Positions 49,873-58,923 of a stretch of 64,000 nucleotides of DNA are shown here, piece by piece. The translations under genes were made by a program, and so were the position numbers. The stretch spans positions 1 through 64,000 of the forward strand of contig JBEKSD010000003.1 of assembly GCA_049517335.1 (NCBI GenBank), in the 5' to 3' direction. The notes under the pieces were generated by a model. The model ran no database searches, was not told where the DNA came from, and was given only the letters and a program-made list of their open reading frames with translations. Origin of the DNA: Candidatus Omnitrophota bacterium (GTDB lineage Bacteria; Omnitrophota; Gorgyraeia; Gygaellales; Profunditerraquicolaceae). Every line of letters begins with the position of its first letter. Position 1 is the first letter of the stretch.

Positions 49873-50156
49873 TTTTGGATATTATAAACCCGCGTATTTA
49901 CTTTGTCACCTTTTATTTCGGAAGGAAGGTCTCTTTTTAATTGAAGCCATTTTCCTTCGCCTATGCACTGGCGCGCGCTCGCGCACCAATCCACACAGGC
50001 GGACAATCTTTCTCTTGCGGTCCATATACCGCAAGAGGGGCATTTAAGCTTAATTTCATCAGAAAATATCTCAATCAAATACCCGCAGTTATAACAACTT
50101 AACGTTTCTATCTTAATATTTCTTTTATCCTGCCCCGGGCATTTATTTATCAGCAT
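49857..50156 (-). CDS. Cys-rich zinc-ribbon / metal-binding protein
   Basis: CPGQD, CYNCG.IEIFSDE, CPSCG and C.DWC..A..C. Confidence 0.75.
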   Translation of the reverse strand: MLINKCPGQDKRNIKIETLSCYNCGYLIEIFSDEIKLKCPSCGIWTARERLSACVDWCASARQCIGEGKWLQLKRDLPSEIKGDKVNTRVYNIQKWISP

Positions 50157-50560
50157 TATTCCCGCTTTCCAAGAGAAGCGATTGTTATTAAACTCAATTC
50201 TTTTTTTACTATCTTCTCTATTCTTCCCAATTTTGCGCTTAAAGCGCATACCTTAACCGAAGGGCAGACTTTTGCCCTAAAAATACATTCATTGAGTTTC
50301 AACGGGCCTTGAAATATCTCCGCCAGTTTCACAAGATAAATCTTTACCGGTGCGACTTTAAGAGAAAAACCTCCACCCTGGCCTCTATGGGATTTAAGTA
50401 TGCCTTCCTTATTTAAAACCTGCAATATCTTCCTTAAAAACGGCCCCGGCATCTTCAATTCTTTAATCATCCTTGAAACAGGGACAATTTTATCTTTTTG
50501 TTTGGCGATGTAGCATACCGCCCTTAAGGCGTAATCCGTATCCCTGGTAATTAATTTCAT
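50156..50560 (-). CDS. Rrf2 family regulator
   Basis: TDYALRA, FLRKILQ.L, G.GGGF and three Cys. Confidence 0.9.
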   Translation of the reverse strand: MKLITRDTDYALRAVCYIAKQKDKIVPVSRMIKELKMPGPFLRKILQVLNKEGILKSHRGQGGGFSLKVAPVKIYLVKLAEIFQGPLKLNECIFRAKVCPSVKVCALSAKLGRIEKIVKKELSLITIASLGKRE

Positions 50561-50574
50561 CTTTCTCCTTTTTT

Positions 50575-50621
50575 TTAGGGACGTTTTTCAAGCGAGGTTA
50601 AAGCTTGAAAAACGTCCCTAA
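50575..50621. repeat. 19-bp perfect inverted repeat (REP-like) abutting the Rrf2 RBS
   Basis: TTAGGGACGTTTTTCAAGC / GCTTGAAAAACGTCCCTAA with a 9-nt loop. Confidence 0.75.
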
Positions 50622-50646
50622 TTTTAAGGCAGTTTAGAGTCGTACC

Positions 50647-50718
50647 TTAGGACACTTTACTGCAGCCCTCCTTACAATGGGCTACCGGGCGAAGCATATA
50701 TTTTACGGTTATATCCAT
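50647..50718 (-). CDS. Possible 23-aa leader peptide (MDITVKYMLRPVAHCKEGCSKVS)
   Basis: Strong AAGGAGG RBS 6 nt before the ATG; first ORF after the promoter. Confidence 0.4.
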   Translation of the reverse strand: MDITVKYMLRPVAHCKEGCSKVS

Positions 50719-50739
50719 TCTAGCCCTCCTTTTGGATTA

Positions 50740-50767
50740 AAGATACCATATTAGTATCATTTGTCAA
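50740..50767 (-). promoter_or_regulatory. Promoter with an Rrf2-type operator
   Basis: TTGACA-16-TATCTT; GATAC-N7-GTATC at 50742-50758. Confidence 0.65.
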
Positions 50768-50815
50768 GAAAAATTTTTCTTGTAATTCGGCACTTTAACA
50801 ATATAATTATGACTA

Positions 50816-51499
50816 ATGAATAGAATTGCTTTAATAATAACTATATTGGCCGTGAATTTAGTCGCTGCCGGCAGTGCTTTCGCTGCTTCTGAACCTGCGG
50901 CAATAACCTTTCCGGAGCAAGCCCAAGCCTTTGCTGAAGAAGTCGCGCAAGGTAAACCTAAAGAAACCGACGTAACTGTTGTAAAAGAAGAAAAATGCTT
51001 AATCGGTATTGAATTCCTTTCCGGTTACGGCCGGGCAAACAAAATCAGGCGTAAAGAAGACATAAAAGAGATCCCTTTCATGGTTGATTTTGACCTTAAC
51101 CTTAAACCTTTATTAAAAAAAATTAATTTAAATCCCCCTGTATTAGCACAATTCCAGATTGAGCCTTTCGTTACCGACATATATGAGCCGGTTAATGAGA
51201 ACATTGAGGGAGGACTGGCTTTTTGGTTCAAATTTGGCCTGCTTCCGGAATCCTTCAAAATACAGCCCTATGCAAAATTCGGAGCCGGCTTTGATTATAT
51301 GACTCTACATACTATCAATCAAGCCACCCAATTTAATTTTATTTCGCAGCTCGCCTGTGGCGTGCATTACTTCTTCCTGAAAAATACCGCGCTTACTATT
51401 GAAGGCCACTACCGCCACCTTTCTAACGCAGGGATAAAAGAACCTAACCGCGGGATAAACACATATTTTATTCTCGGCGGGCTTACCTGGCGGTACTAA
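50816..51499 (+). CDS. PagL-like lipid A 3-O-deacylase / acyloxyacyl hydrolase
   Basis: Signal peptide; FNF; YRHLSNAGIKEPNRGIN. Confidence 0.85.
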   Translation: MNRIALIITILAVNLVAAGSAFAASEPAAITFPEQAQAFAEEVAQGKPKETDVTVVKEEKCLIGIEFLSGYGRANKIRRKEDIKEIPFMVDFDLNLKPLLKKINLNPPVLAQFQIEPFVTDIYEPVNENIEGGLAFWFKFGLLPESFKIQPYAKFGAGFDYMTLHTINQATQFNFISQLACGVHYFFLKNTALTIEGHYRHLSNAGIKEPNRGINTYFILGGLTWRY

Positions 51500-51879
51500 T
51501 TCATACTTACCAAAACTATTCCGGTTATAATAAGGAAAGTCCCCAGCCATCGTTTTGAGCCCACTTTTTCCTTTAGGATAAACTTTGAGACAAGGGCAAT
51601 GAGGATATAGTGCATGCTATCGGCTGAGAAGGCAAAACTAAGGTCAGCCTTGGAAAGCACGAAAAGCCAGATACAAAGGGATAGAACGGTAAAGCAAAAC
51701 CCGATCCAGATACGGGGAATAACAATAAGTTTGATAATGAACCTGAATATCTTCTTTATGCTAAAGGCCACAGGAAGTTCCATGGAATTTATTGCGGACT
51801 TTAGGAATAACTGATTTATCGTATCACAGATACTGGTGAGCATAATCAGGAAAAGAATAAAAATGAGCCCTGGCTGCAT
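51496..51879 (-). CDS. Small EamA/SMR transporter (ArnE/F-like)
   Basis: QLFLK, WLFVLSKADLSFAF and LKEKV..RW.G. Confidence 0.8.
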   Translation of the reverse strand: MQPGLIFILFLIMLTSICDTINQLFLKSAINSMELPVAFSIKKIFRFIIKLIVIPRIWIGFCFTVLSLCIWLFVLSKADLSFAFSADSMHYILIALVSKFILKEKVGSKRWLGTFLIITGIVLVSMN

Positions 51880-51880
51880 A

Positions 51881-52288
51881 TTAAAGGACCCCTTTCTCTT
51901 CCGTACTTAGCGAAACAAAAATAACGCCCGTAAGTATCAGTAATATCCCTAGCCACCTGAGTAAGCCTATCTGTTCATGAAGGAAGATTATAGAAACTAC
52001 CGGGACGAGGATATAGCTAAAGCTTGCTATCGGGACAGCGACGCTTAAATCAATCTTGGAAAGAATCGTTGACCAGATAACAAAGGTAAGGAATACCGAT
52101 AAGAAAGCAATCCAGAGATAAGGAGAAAGAGAGACAGTCTTAAGAAATATAATAAGCTCGGAAAAACTGGATATTCCAAGCCTGTCCGCGTTTAGTGCGC
52201 TTTTTTTAAAACAAAAGTTCGTAAATGTTTCCAGAAAATCGGAGAATATTAAAAACGATAATATTGTAATAGTCAGTTTTTTCTTCAA
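51881..52288 (-). CDS. Small EamA/SMR transporter (ArnE/F-like)
   Basis: W..ILSKIDLSVA.P.ASFSY and LHEQI..RW.G. Confidence 0.8.
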   Translation of the reverse strand: MKKKLTITILSFLIFSDFLETFTNFCFKKSALNADRLGISSFSELIIFLKTVSLSPYLWIAFLSVFLTFVIWSTILSKIDLSVAVPIASFSYILVPVVSIIFLHEQIGLLRWLGILLILTGVIFVSLSTEEKGVL

Positions 52289-52354
52289 CGCTTCTCCTTA
52301 CTCCTTGAATTTCAGAGTATTTTAGCATAAAATAGAAAAAAGGCTAATTATAAT

Positions 52355-53569
52355 ATGAGTATTCTTAAAGAAATCCCTCCTACCGCAGGTTTCCCTTTAC
52401 GCTTAAAAGATATCTATTTTGCGCTAGCGGTAGCCAACCACAAGGACCTGCTTGAAGAAGATTTTAAGCATTACCTTAAAACCCCTTATGCCCGTGTCAC
52501 CTATTCGGGAACCGCGGCTTTTTATTTTATCTTAGAATCCTTAAAAAAATTATCCGGTAAAAAAACTGTGGTCATCCCTGCTTTTATCTGCCCCCTTGTA
52601 GCGCTAGCAATTATTAAAGCCGGGCTGAAAGTTAAAATTTGCGATATAGATAAGGATGGTTTTGATTATAATTACAGACGCCTGGAAAGCCTGTGTAGAA
52701 ATGACCCTGATATACTGGCGGTTGTGGCTACGCACTTGGCCGGTATTCCGGTTGACCTCGATAGAATAGCCAAAATAGCGCAGGAGAATAATGTTTTTGT
52801 CATTGAAGATTGCGCCCAAAGCTTGGGCGCTGAATACAAGAATCAAAAAGTAGGAACGTACGGAGATTTCGCTTTCTTCAGCCTCTGCCGGGGCAAGGGG
52901 CTGACAATATATGAAGGCGGAATAACGGTAACTAAAAATGCGGGATACGCGCAGCTGCTTAATAATACTATTGACCGCCTGGAAGATAACAATTTTTTTT
53001 CAGAGGCTCTCAAAATACTGGAGCTTTTTGGTTACTGGATTTTTTACCGCCCCACTCTTTTCTGGTTCGTATTCCGCCTGCCCCAGCTTTATTGGAGGCA
53101 TAAGAAAAATGCGGTACGCGCAGCAGGAGATTACTTTGATGCGCATCTTCTTCTGCACCGGGTTTCAGCTTTCCGGAAATCATTAGGTCATGTAACATTT
53201 AACCGGCTCAATAGACAAATTTTAGAGCAGAGAGAGAAAGCGACGCACTATATAAATAAATTCAAAAATGCCCCCGGCATAAGAGTAATTACCGAGGCGG
53301 CTGAAGGCAAAGCTACCTACCCTTTCATTACCCTGATATTTGACGATCCCGCAAGGCGGGCACAGGCATTAAAAAGACTGGAACATTCTGGAATGGGCGG
53401 CTCAATAATTTACCTTAAGGCCATTACCGATTACGAATATTTAAAGAATATAATCCCCAGCACTACCTGCCCCAACGCTCAAAACCTTGCTAACCGCCAC
53501 CTCACCCTTTCCACCAGCACTTTTCTGGACAAAAAATCAATAGAGAATATTAATACTCTTCATTTTTAA
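52355..53569 (+). CDS. DegT/DnrJ/EryC1/StrS family aminotransferase
   Basis: SGTAA, HLAGIP, IEDCAQSLG and SL.RGKGLTIYEGG. Confidence 0.85.
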   Translation: MSILKEIPPTAGFPLRLKDIYFALAVANHKDLLEEDFKHYLKTPYARVTYSGTAAFYFILESLKKLSGKKTVVIPAFICPLVALAIIKAGLKVKICDIDKDGFDYNYRRLESLCRNDPDILAVVATHLAGIPVDLDRIAKIAQENNVFVIEDCAQSLGAEYKNQKVGTYGDFAFFSLCRGKGLTIYEGGITVTKNAGYAQLLNNTIDRLEDNNFFSEALKILELFGYWIFYRPTLFWFVFRLPQLYWRHKKNAVRAAGDYFDAHLLLHRVSAFRKSLGHVTFNRLNRQILEQREKATHYINKFKNAPGIRVITEAAEGKATYPFITLIFDDPARRAQALKRLEHSGMGGSIIYLKAITDYEYLKNIIPSTTCPNAQNLANRHLTLSTSTFLDKKSIENINTLHF

Positions 53570-53624
53570 ACGGCTGACTTGGTTTGATTCGAGCGGTGCT
53601 GCGAAAGGTAAGACTTGGCAGACG

Positions 53625-54551
53625 CTAAATTAATACTTCTAAGATTCTAAGGTTGGTTGTTTCGTTGATAGAGGTGACCATAGACTCAGGAAGTTTTTCC
53701 GCAGCAATATTTCTAGGATGATCCAAGCGAGAAATAACGGCTTTAAATTTATTGGCGAAAGAGGGCTTTGAATAATCCCCGCAAATATCCATACCGATGA
53801 TCTCACAGTTATCCTTGATTATTTTCAGCATAACCAGCAACTCATCCAGAGAAAACTTCCCTTCTTCCCAATTGGTAAGACTATCTTCATTCTTCAGGCA
53901 ATCCTTATCCAGCGAAACATAGGCGTTTTTAACCGGAAGGCTCCTGACCAGTGATAAAAATAATTCCGGAATATTTTTGTCTTTAAGCTCGCTCCAGAAT
54001 ATCTTACTTAAAAGAAAGTTTCCTTCTCTTCTAAAAGAATTATTCTCGGGAATCTTTTCCAAAAATACCCGTGTCGGTTCATGCAGGTAAGGATAAATTT
54101 CAAGCCGGCTAGCCTTTAAAGAAACAAAATTACCGCTCTGGATTGACCATGTTGATATATCGGATGAGGAAACGCCGATTAAGAGACATTTTGAGAGGGC
54201 CTTATTGCGCAAGGCTTCAGTCACCCATGACCCGCAGCCGTAACGGGGAGGAAGAATATCCCAATCAGGATGGTGATCAAAAACAATCAAAGAAAAAGGT
54301 TCTCGGAATTGCCGGGTAAGGATGCCTGAGATATGATGGAAGTCGCCCGACCCCGTAAAGGTAACTGCATTTTCGGTTTCCGGAAGCAGGCGGGCGGCAA
54401 TCTCATCCTTTAAAGCGCTGTTCATCCATAACCTTACTTTTGGGCCGATTTTTTCCAAGTCAATGATTTGGGCGGGATATCGCAGGAGGATCCTTTTCTG
54501 CTTTATTAAGCTGTCGTCAAAATTAAGGATACGGATGGATTTATTTAACAT
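53625..54551 (-). CDS. Divergent arginase/ureohydrolase family protein
   Basis: GSGDFHH, FDHHPD, SLDKD and GMDICGD. Confidence 0.75.
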   Translation of the reverse strand: MLNKSIRILNFDDSLIKQKRILLRYPAQIIDLEKIGPKVRLWMNSALKDEIAARLLPETENAVTFTGSGDFHHISGILTRQFREPFSLIVFDHHPDWDILPPRYGCGSWVTEALRNKALSKCLLIGVSSSDISTWSIQSGNFVSLKASRLEIYPYLHEPTRVFLEKIPENNSFRREGNFLLSKIFWSELKDKNIPELFLSLVRSLPVKNAYVSLDKDCLKNEDSLTNWEEGKFSLDELLVMLKIIKDNCEIIGMDICGDYSKPSFANKFKAVISRLDHPRNIAAEKLPESMVTSINETTNLRILEVLI

Positions 54552-54564
54552 AGGGGGGCCTTAC

Positions 54565-55989
54565 CTACGATTTCTTTAAGGCCTTGGAGAGCGCTTCTTC
54601 AAAAAGATCGACCCCTAAATCAATCTCTGCTTCCGTAATGTAGAATGACGGCGCAAGAGTAAAGACGTTCTTGTAATACCCCCCGACATCAAGCACTAAC
54701 CCGCGCATCTTGCCGCCAGCCGATAATTTGCCGCTCAAACCCAGCTCAACAATCTTATCGGTCAATTCCCTGTCCGGGGTATAGCCGTCCTTCCCGCACA
54801 TCTCCACGCGCAGCGCTAAACCCAAACCATCGACGTCGCCTATCTGGGGGTATTTCTTCTGCAGCTTCTTCAGACGTATCTTAAAATATTCGCCTTTCTC
54901 GTGCACCATTGTGCCGAAATCAGATTCTTCGATTAATTTCATTACCTCTAATCCCACGGCGGTACCGAGGGGGTTGGATGAAAATGTAGCATGGGTTGAG
55001 CCCGGAGGGAAGACTTCGGGAGAGATTAATTTCTCTTTCGCCCATATGCCTGAAATAGGATTAAGGCCGTTAGTCAAGGCCTTACCAAAGACGATTATAT
55101 CGGGCGTAACGTTAAAATGCTCAATCGCCCAGAATTTTCCTGTCCTGAAGAAACCCATTTGGATTTCGTCGTCCACGAACAATATCCCGTATTTATCCAA
55201 TATATCTTTTAAACCGGCAAAATAGTCGTGGGGAGGAGTGATATAGCCACCTGTGCCTTGTATTGCTTCGACGTAAAAAGCGACAAACTCGCATTTATTA
55301 TTCTTCTTGTTGACTACCGAATGATACTCCGTTTCAAATAGCTTTTCAAACTGCTTTAAGCAGTAAAAATCGCAAAAATTTTTCTTCTTCTCATAGGGGC
55401 AGCGGAAACAGTAAGGAAAAGGTATGAACATCGCCCTATCCCCGAAATGACCGAATCTCTCGCGGTAACGGAAACTCGAGGTAATTGCGCTTGCGGCGAG
55501 GGTTCGGCCGTGATAACCGCCCATAAATGCAAACACGAGACTCCTTCCACAGTGATTCCTGACTAATTTCAGCGAATCCTCCAGAGCGGAGGACCCACCG
55601 ACATTAAAATGGACCCGGCCCTTCTCCTCAAAGGTTAGCTCATTGCGCTGGGAAAGCTTAGCTGCCAGCCTGATCTTTTCTTCATGAAGGTACTGACAGG
55701 CAAGCTGAGGAAGAGTATCAATCTGTTTTTTTAATACGTTGTTGAGGCGTTTGTTTTTGTAACCGAAGTTCGCCGCAGAATACCACATCTGTAAGTCCAA
55801 AAATTCAGTCCCTTCCCGGTCATACAAAAATGAGCCTTCCGAAGCAACAAAGATATTGGGGCTTGCGACGTAATGCACGGTATCGCCCCATGAGCAATAT
55901 TTGGCTTCCAGTTCCAGTAATTCATCGCCGGCCGCAGCATTTTCCTGCCTCAGCTTCTGATTACGCGCGTCAAACTGTTTATCATTCAT
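54565..55989 (-). CDS. Class III PLP aminotransferase
   Basis: GYHGRT, DDEIQMGFFRTG and FGKAL. Confidence 0.9.
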   Translation of the reverse strand: MNDKQFDARNQKLRQENAAAGDELLELEAKYCSWGDTVHYVASPNIFVASEGSFLYDREGTEFLDLQMWYSAANFGYKNKRLNNVLKKQIDTLPQLACQYLHEEKIRLAAKLSQRNELTFEEKGRVHFNVGGSSALEDSLKLVRNHCGRSLVFAFMGGYHGRTLAASAITSSFRYRERFGHFGDRAMFIPFPYCFRCPYEKKKNFCDFYCLKQFEKLFETEYHSVVNKKNNKCEFVAFYVEAIQGTGGYITPPHDYFAGLKDILDKYGILFVDDEIQMGFFRTGKFWAIEHFNVTPDIIVFGKALTNGLNPISGIWAKEKLISPEVFPPGSTHATFSSNPLGTAVGLEVMKLIEESDFGTMVHEKGEYFKIRLKKLQKKYPQIGDVDGLGLALRVEMCGKDGYTPDRELTDKIVELGLSGKLSAGGKMRGLVLDVGGYYKNVFTLAPSFYITEAEIDLGVDLFEEALSKALKKS

Positions 55990-56651
55990 GAGAAACTCCT
56001 TTTAAAATAATCATATACGTCTTTCAAATTGCGGTATGAAAAACAGGTTAAATTTTTATCCTTAAAATGTTTCAACAAATCATCTTTGGCGAAAATAATA
56101 TCCGCATATTTTGACGGGCATATATCCGAGCGGCCGTCACCTATGTATATTATTATAGATTCCTTAGTCACATTTGCCAAGAGATTTTTCGTTTTGCAAT
56201 GTGCGCAAATATGGCATTTGTCGCTCGAGTAAGGGAATTTAGGCACAAGCTCATCTTTAACCAGGTGTAACTTATTGGAATAAATCTTGAGGTTCTTTAT
56301 TCCGTTTAAATGTAAAATGCGTTCTAATATATAATCAAAATTATCGCTTAAAACAAAAGTCTTTACTCCTCTTGATGCTAGGCCACGGACAATTTTCTTA
56401 AAGTAAGGGTCAATTTTTATGCCAGAGAGGTAATTGTCCAAAGCTTTCCTGGTTATGCTTAAACCTTTAATCTGGCCTTCCAGGCAGGCGCGGGAGCCGA
56501 TCTTACCTTTCTGCCACTTTGCTTCCAACTTCACCCAGAGGTCATCCTGAGAAAAACGCGGGAGCATATTGTCAAACACATCGCAGGTTGCGATAGTGTT
56601 ATCAAAATCAAAAAAAACGGCGCATTTATCGGGATTAATTAGCTTCATCAA
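55986..56651 (-). CDS. MtnX-like HAD-IB phosphatase
   Basis: FDFDNTI, C..CAHCK and IGDGRSDIC. Confidence 0.85.
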   Translation of the reverse strand: MMKLINPDKCAVFFDFDNTIATCDVFDNMLPRFSQDDLWVKLEAKWQKGKIGSRACLEGQIKGLSITRKALDNYLSGIKIDPYFKKIVRGLASRGVKTFVLSDNFDYILERILHLNGIKNLKIYSNKLHLVKDELVPKFPYSSDKCHICAHCKTKNLLANVTKESIIIYIGDGRSDICPSKYADIIFAKDDLLKHFKDKNLTCFSYRNLKDVYDYFKRSFS

Positions 56652-57657
56652 AACCTTTTCTAAAGACGCCCGCTATGGCCGTGCGGCAAAAAGAGCATCT
56701 TCCTTCCTCCAGATTATTCTGGGAAACATTAAAGAACTCCCTTTTAATCAGTAATTTTTTGCATTCCGGACAGTAAGTATCGCTGCCGGAACCGGGGACA
56801 TTGCCGATATAGATAAATTTAAGCCCTGCGTGGCTTCCTATTTTTTGCGCCCTCTCCAAGGTTGATTCCGGAGTAGTTTCGTAACCAATAAATTTATATT
56901 CAGGGTGAAAGCGCGAAATATGCCAGGGGATATTTTTATCAAGCTTTGCGATAAACCCGGCTATCCCGCTTAACTCTTCGTCTGAATCATTCTCTCCGGG
57001 AATCAGGAGCGTGGTTATTTCAACCCACACCCCCAGCCTTACCATACGCTCAATTGTACCCAGCACAGGCTGAAGAGTGGCCTTGCATATTTTCCTGTAA
57101 GATCTTTCTTTAAAGAACTTCAAATCCACGTTTGAGGCGTCCAGATAAGGCCTGATTGTCAAGAGCGCCTCTTCCGTCATGTAACCGTTGGTTACAAAAA
57201 CATTAAACAGGCCGTTAACCTTGGCTGACTTAGCCACGTCTAAAGCGTATTCAAAGAATATCGTCGGTTCAGTATAAGTATAGGATATACTCCGGCATTC
57301 ACTATCCAATGCCGCTTTCACGATTTCTTTCGGAGAAACTTCTTTTGCCTGTGCGCCTATATCCGGCGCCTGCGATATTTGCCAATTTTGACAAAAACCG
57401 CAACGGAAATTACATCCGGCTGCGGCAATGGAAAAACTCAAGCTACCGGGAAAGAAATGATACAGCGGTTTTTTTTCAACGGGGTCAACGTACGACGCCA
57501 CTACCTTACCGTAGCTGTAGGTAAAAAGCTCCCCTGCGATATTCTGGCGCACCCCGCAAAACCCAAATCCCTTTTCCCTAATCCGGCAGAAATGGGCGCA
57601 AAGATAACATCGCACTAAACCTTTACCTATCTTTTCATAAAGCAGTGCTTCTTTCAT
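56635..57657 (-). CDS. AmmeMemoRadiSam system radical SAM enzyme
   Basis: DPVEKKPLYHF, GCNFRCGFCQNW.ISQ and YTYTEPTIF. Confidence 0.9.
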   Translation of the reverse strand: MKEALLYEKIGKGLVRCYLCAHFCRIREKGFGFCGVRQNIAGELFTYSYGKVVASYVDPVEKKPLYHFFPGSLSFSIAAAGCNFRCGFCQNWQISQAPDIGAQAKEVSPKEIVKAALDSECRSISYTYTEPTIFFEYALDVAKSAKVNGLFNVFVTNGYMTEEALLTIRPYLDASNVDLKFFKERSYRKICKATLQPVLGTIERMVRLGVWVEITTLLIPGENDSDEELSGIAGFIAKLDKNIPWHISRFHPEYKFIGYETTPESTLERAQKIGSHAGLKFIYIGNVPGSGSDTYCPECKKLLIKREFFNVSQNNLEEGRCSFCRTAIAGVFRKGFDEAN

Positions 57658-57671
57658 TTCCCGGCAAACCT

Positions 57672-57703
57672 AAAAAGAAACCCTTAGCCTAAACAGGGTT
57701 TCC
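57672..57703 (-). terminator. Terminator overlapping the stop of the 26-aa ORF
   Basis: GAAACCCT-N10-AGGGTTTC followed by TTTTT. Confidence 0.6.
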
Positions 57704-57764
57704 TTCCTTTGTTCGCCTTCTTCGAACGCCAGTTAAGTTTCCCCCTGCGTTTTCTTTTTCCCAT
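57684..57764 (-). CDS. 26-aa basic peptide resembling ribosomal protein bL37 (MGKRKRRGKLNWRSKKANKGRKPCLG)
   Basis: Translated by hand; fills the gap between two genes; KANKGRKP resembles the bL37 motif KANHGKRP. Confidence 0.6.
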   Translation of the reverse strand: MGKRKRRGKLNWRSKKANKGRKPCLG

Positions 57765-57768
57765 AGTC

Positions 57769-58326
57769 TTAATATTTGTAATATTTGGAAGGTATAGAAT
57801 GCAATATATACCTTACTGCTTCATTAATACATTCATCGATTGCCTTATCCAGCGAAGCATCTGCGCCTGCCTGGCCCTGAACGCGCCCTACGGAGAAAAC
57901 CTGTGCGTTGGCATAATCCGCAATACGTATCTCCAAAGCAACATGGGTTTTATTAAGGGAAGCCCCTAGTAGTCCGCCGAATTCCCCGCTAGACGAACCG
58001 CCGCCGCCGCCTATACCGGAACGGCCTCCTGAGCGGTCCTGCGGCTCAAACTCCACTAATGTTGCGGTAAGGATCAACTCTGCCTGCTTAAGCGCGGGCT
58101 CACTTATCAGAAACCGGTTACTCTTTAATAGCGCGGCAATCAATTTTTCACGCAAAATAGACGCTGATTCTTTATCCGCCTTGGCGGCCTTCACTTCAAA
58201 ATCCGCAACTGTAATCTTTGCTTTTTTTCCTTCCGGCATAAAAAGTACCTTCTTGACCGAAGATATGCATCCGGAGAGCATAAAAACAACCAGGCAAACG
58301 GCAATTGCGTAAGTTATTTTCTTCAT
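57769..58326 (-). CDS. CsgG/HfaB family lipoprotein
   Basis: Lipobox LSGC; ITVADFE; L.KSNRF; VALEIRI.D. Confidence 0.75.
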   Translation of the reverse strand: MKKITYAIAVCLVVFMLSGCISSVKKVLFMPEGKKAKITVADFEVKAAKADKESASILREKLIAALLKSNRFLISEPALKQAELILTATLVEFEPQDRSGGRSGIGGGGGSSSGEFGGLLGASLNKTHVALEIRIADYANAQVFSVGRVQGQAGADASLDKAIDECINEAVRYILHSIPSKYYKY

Positions 58327-58343
58327 TCTAGAAAAGGTAAGGA

Positions 58344-58844
58344 TTATTTATTGCTGTGCGGAGGGGTCTCCGTTTGCGTATTCTCTGTGCTTGTCTCGCC
58401 GTTAGGGGTTTCCTGAGGCGCAGCAGCCGATTCGGGCTTTTCAAGGCTGATATTCTTTGCAGTATTTTTACCCTCGGCTCCTACGATATAATCTATGCTC
58501 AACGTATCCTTTGGCTTTATTTCATCTATGCTTTTAATATTTTCGTAGGTTGTTTTTTCATCCGTACCGATAACCATATCTTTTTCCTGGTCTGTTTCAT
58601 AATCAAGGTATTTAACAGTAAGCGATTTTGCGGCAGGGTCTATTGAAAGAACTTCACCCCAAACCCATTGCGTTTCCGACTCACTCGGGGGCATAATCGT
58701 AGCCGGATTTTGCGGAACAGCTATCTCCTGTGATGCCGGCTGAGTAGCAACAGTGTCTTCCTGCGAGCCCTCTGCGGCAAAAACAGCACCTATAAATAAT
58801 AATGAAACCGAGATTACCAAGAGCGATAATTTATTAATCTTCAT
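58344..58844 (-). CDS. Secreted hypothetical protein (OB-fold-like)
   Basis: Signal peptide; WGEV.SID...L.VKY.DY; GGAGGTG RBS. Confidence 0.65.
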   Translation of the reverse strand: MKINKLSLLVISVSLLFIGAVFAAEGSQEDTVATQPASQEIAVPQNPATIMPPSESETQWVWGEVLSIDPAAKSLTVKYLDYETDQEKDMVIGTDEKTTYENIKSIDEIKPKDTLSIDYIVGAEGKNTAKNISLEKPESAAAPQETPNGETSTENTQTETPPHSNK

Positions 58845-58871
58845 TTTACACCTCCGTTTATAGTTTAAGTT

Positions 58872-58900
58872 AAAATATCACATAAAAACCTATTTGTCAA
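58872..58900 (-). promoter_or_regulatory. Candidate sigma70 promoter
   Basis: TTGACA-17-TATTTT with an extended TG. Confidence 0.55.
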
Positions 58901-58923
58901 GTTAATGAGTCCTTATTGCTTAG

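Noticed and set aside
55986-56651. Methionine-salvage mtnX
   Set aside because: No mtnW, mtnB or mtnD nearby; the context points to a different pathway
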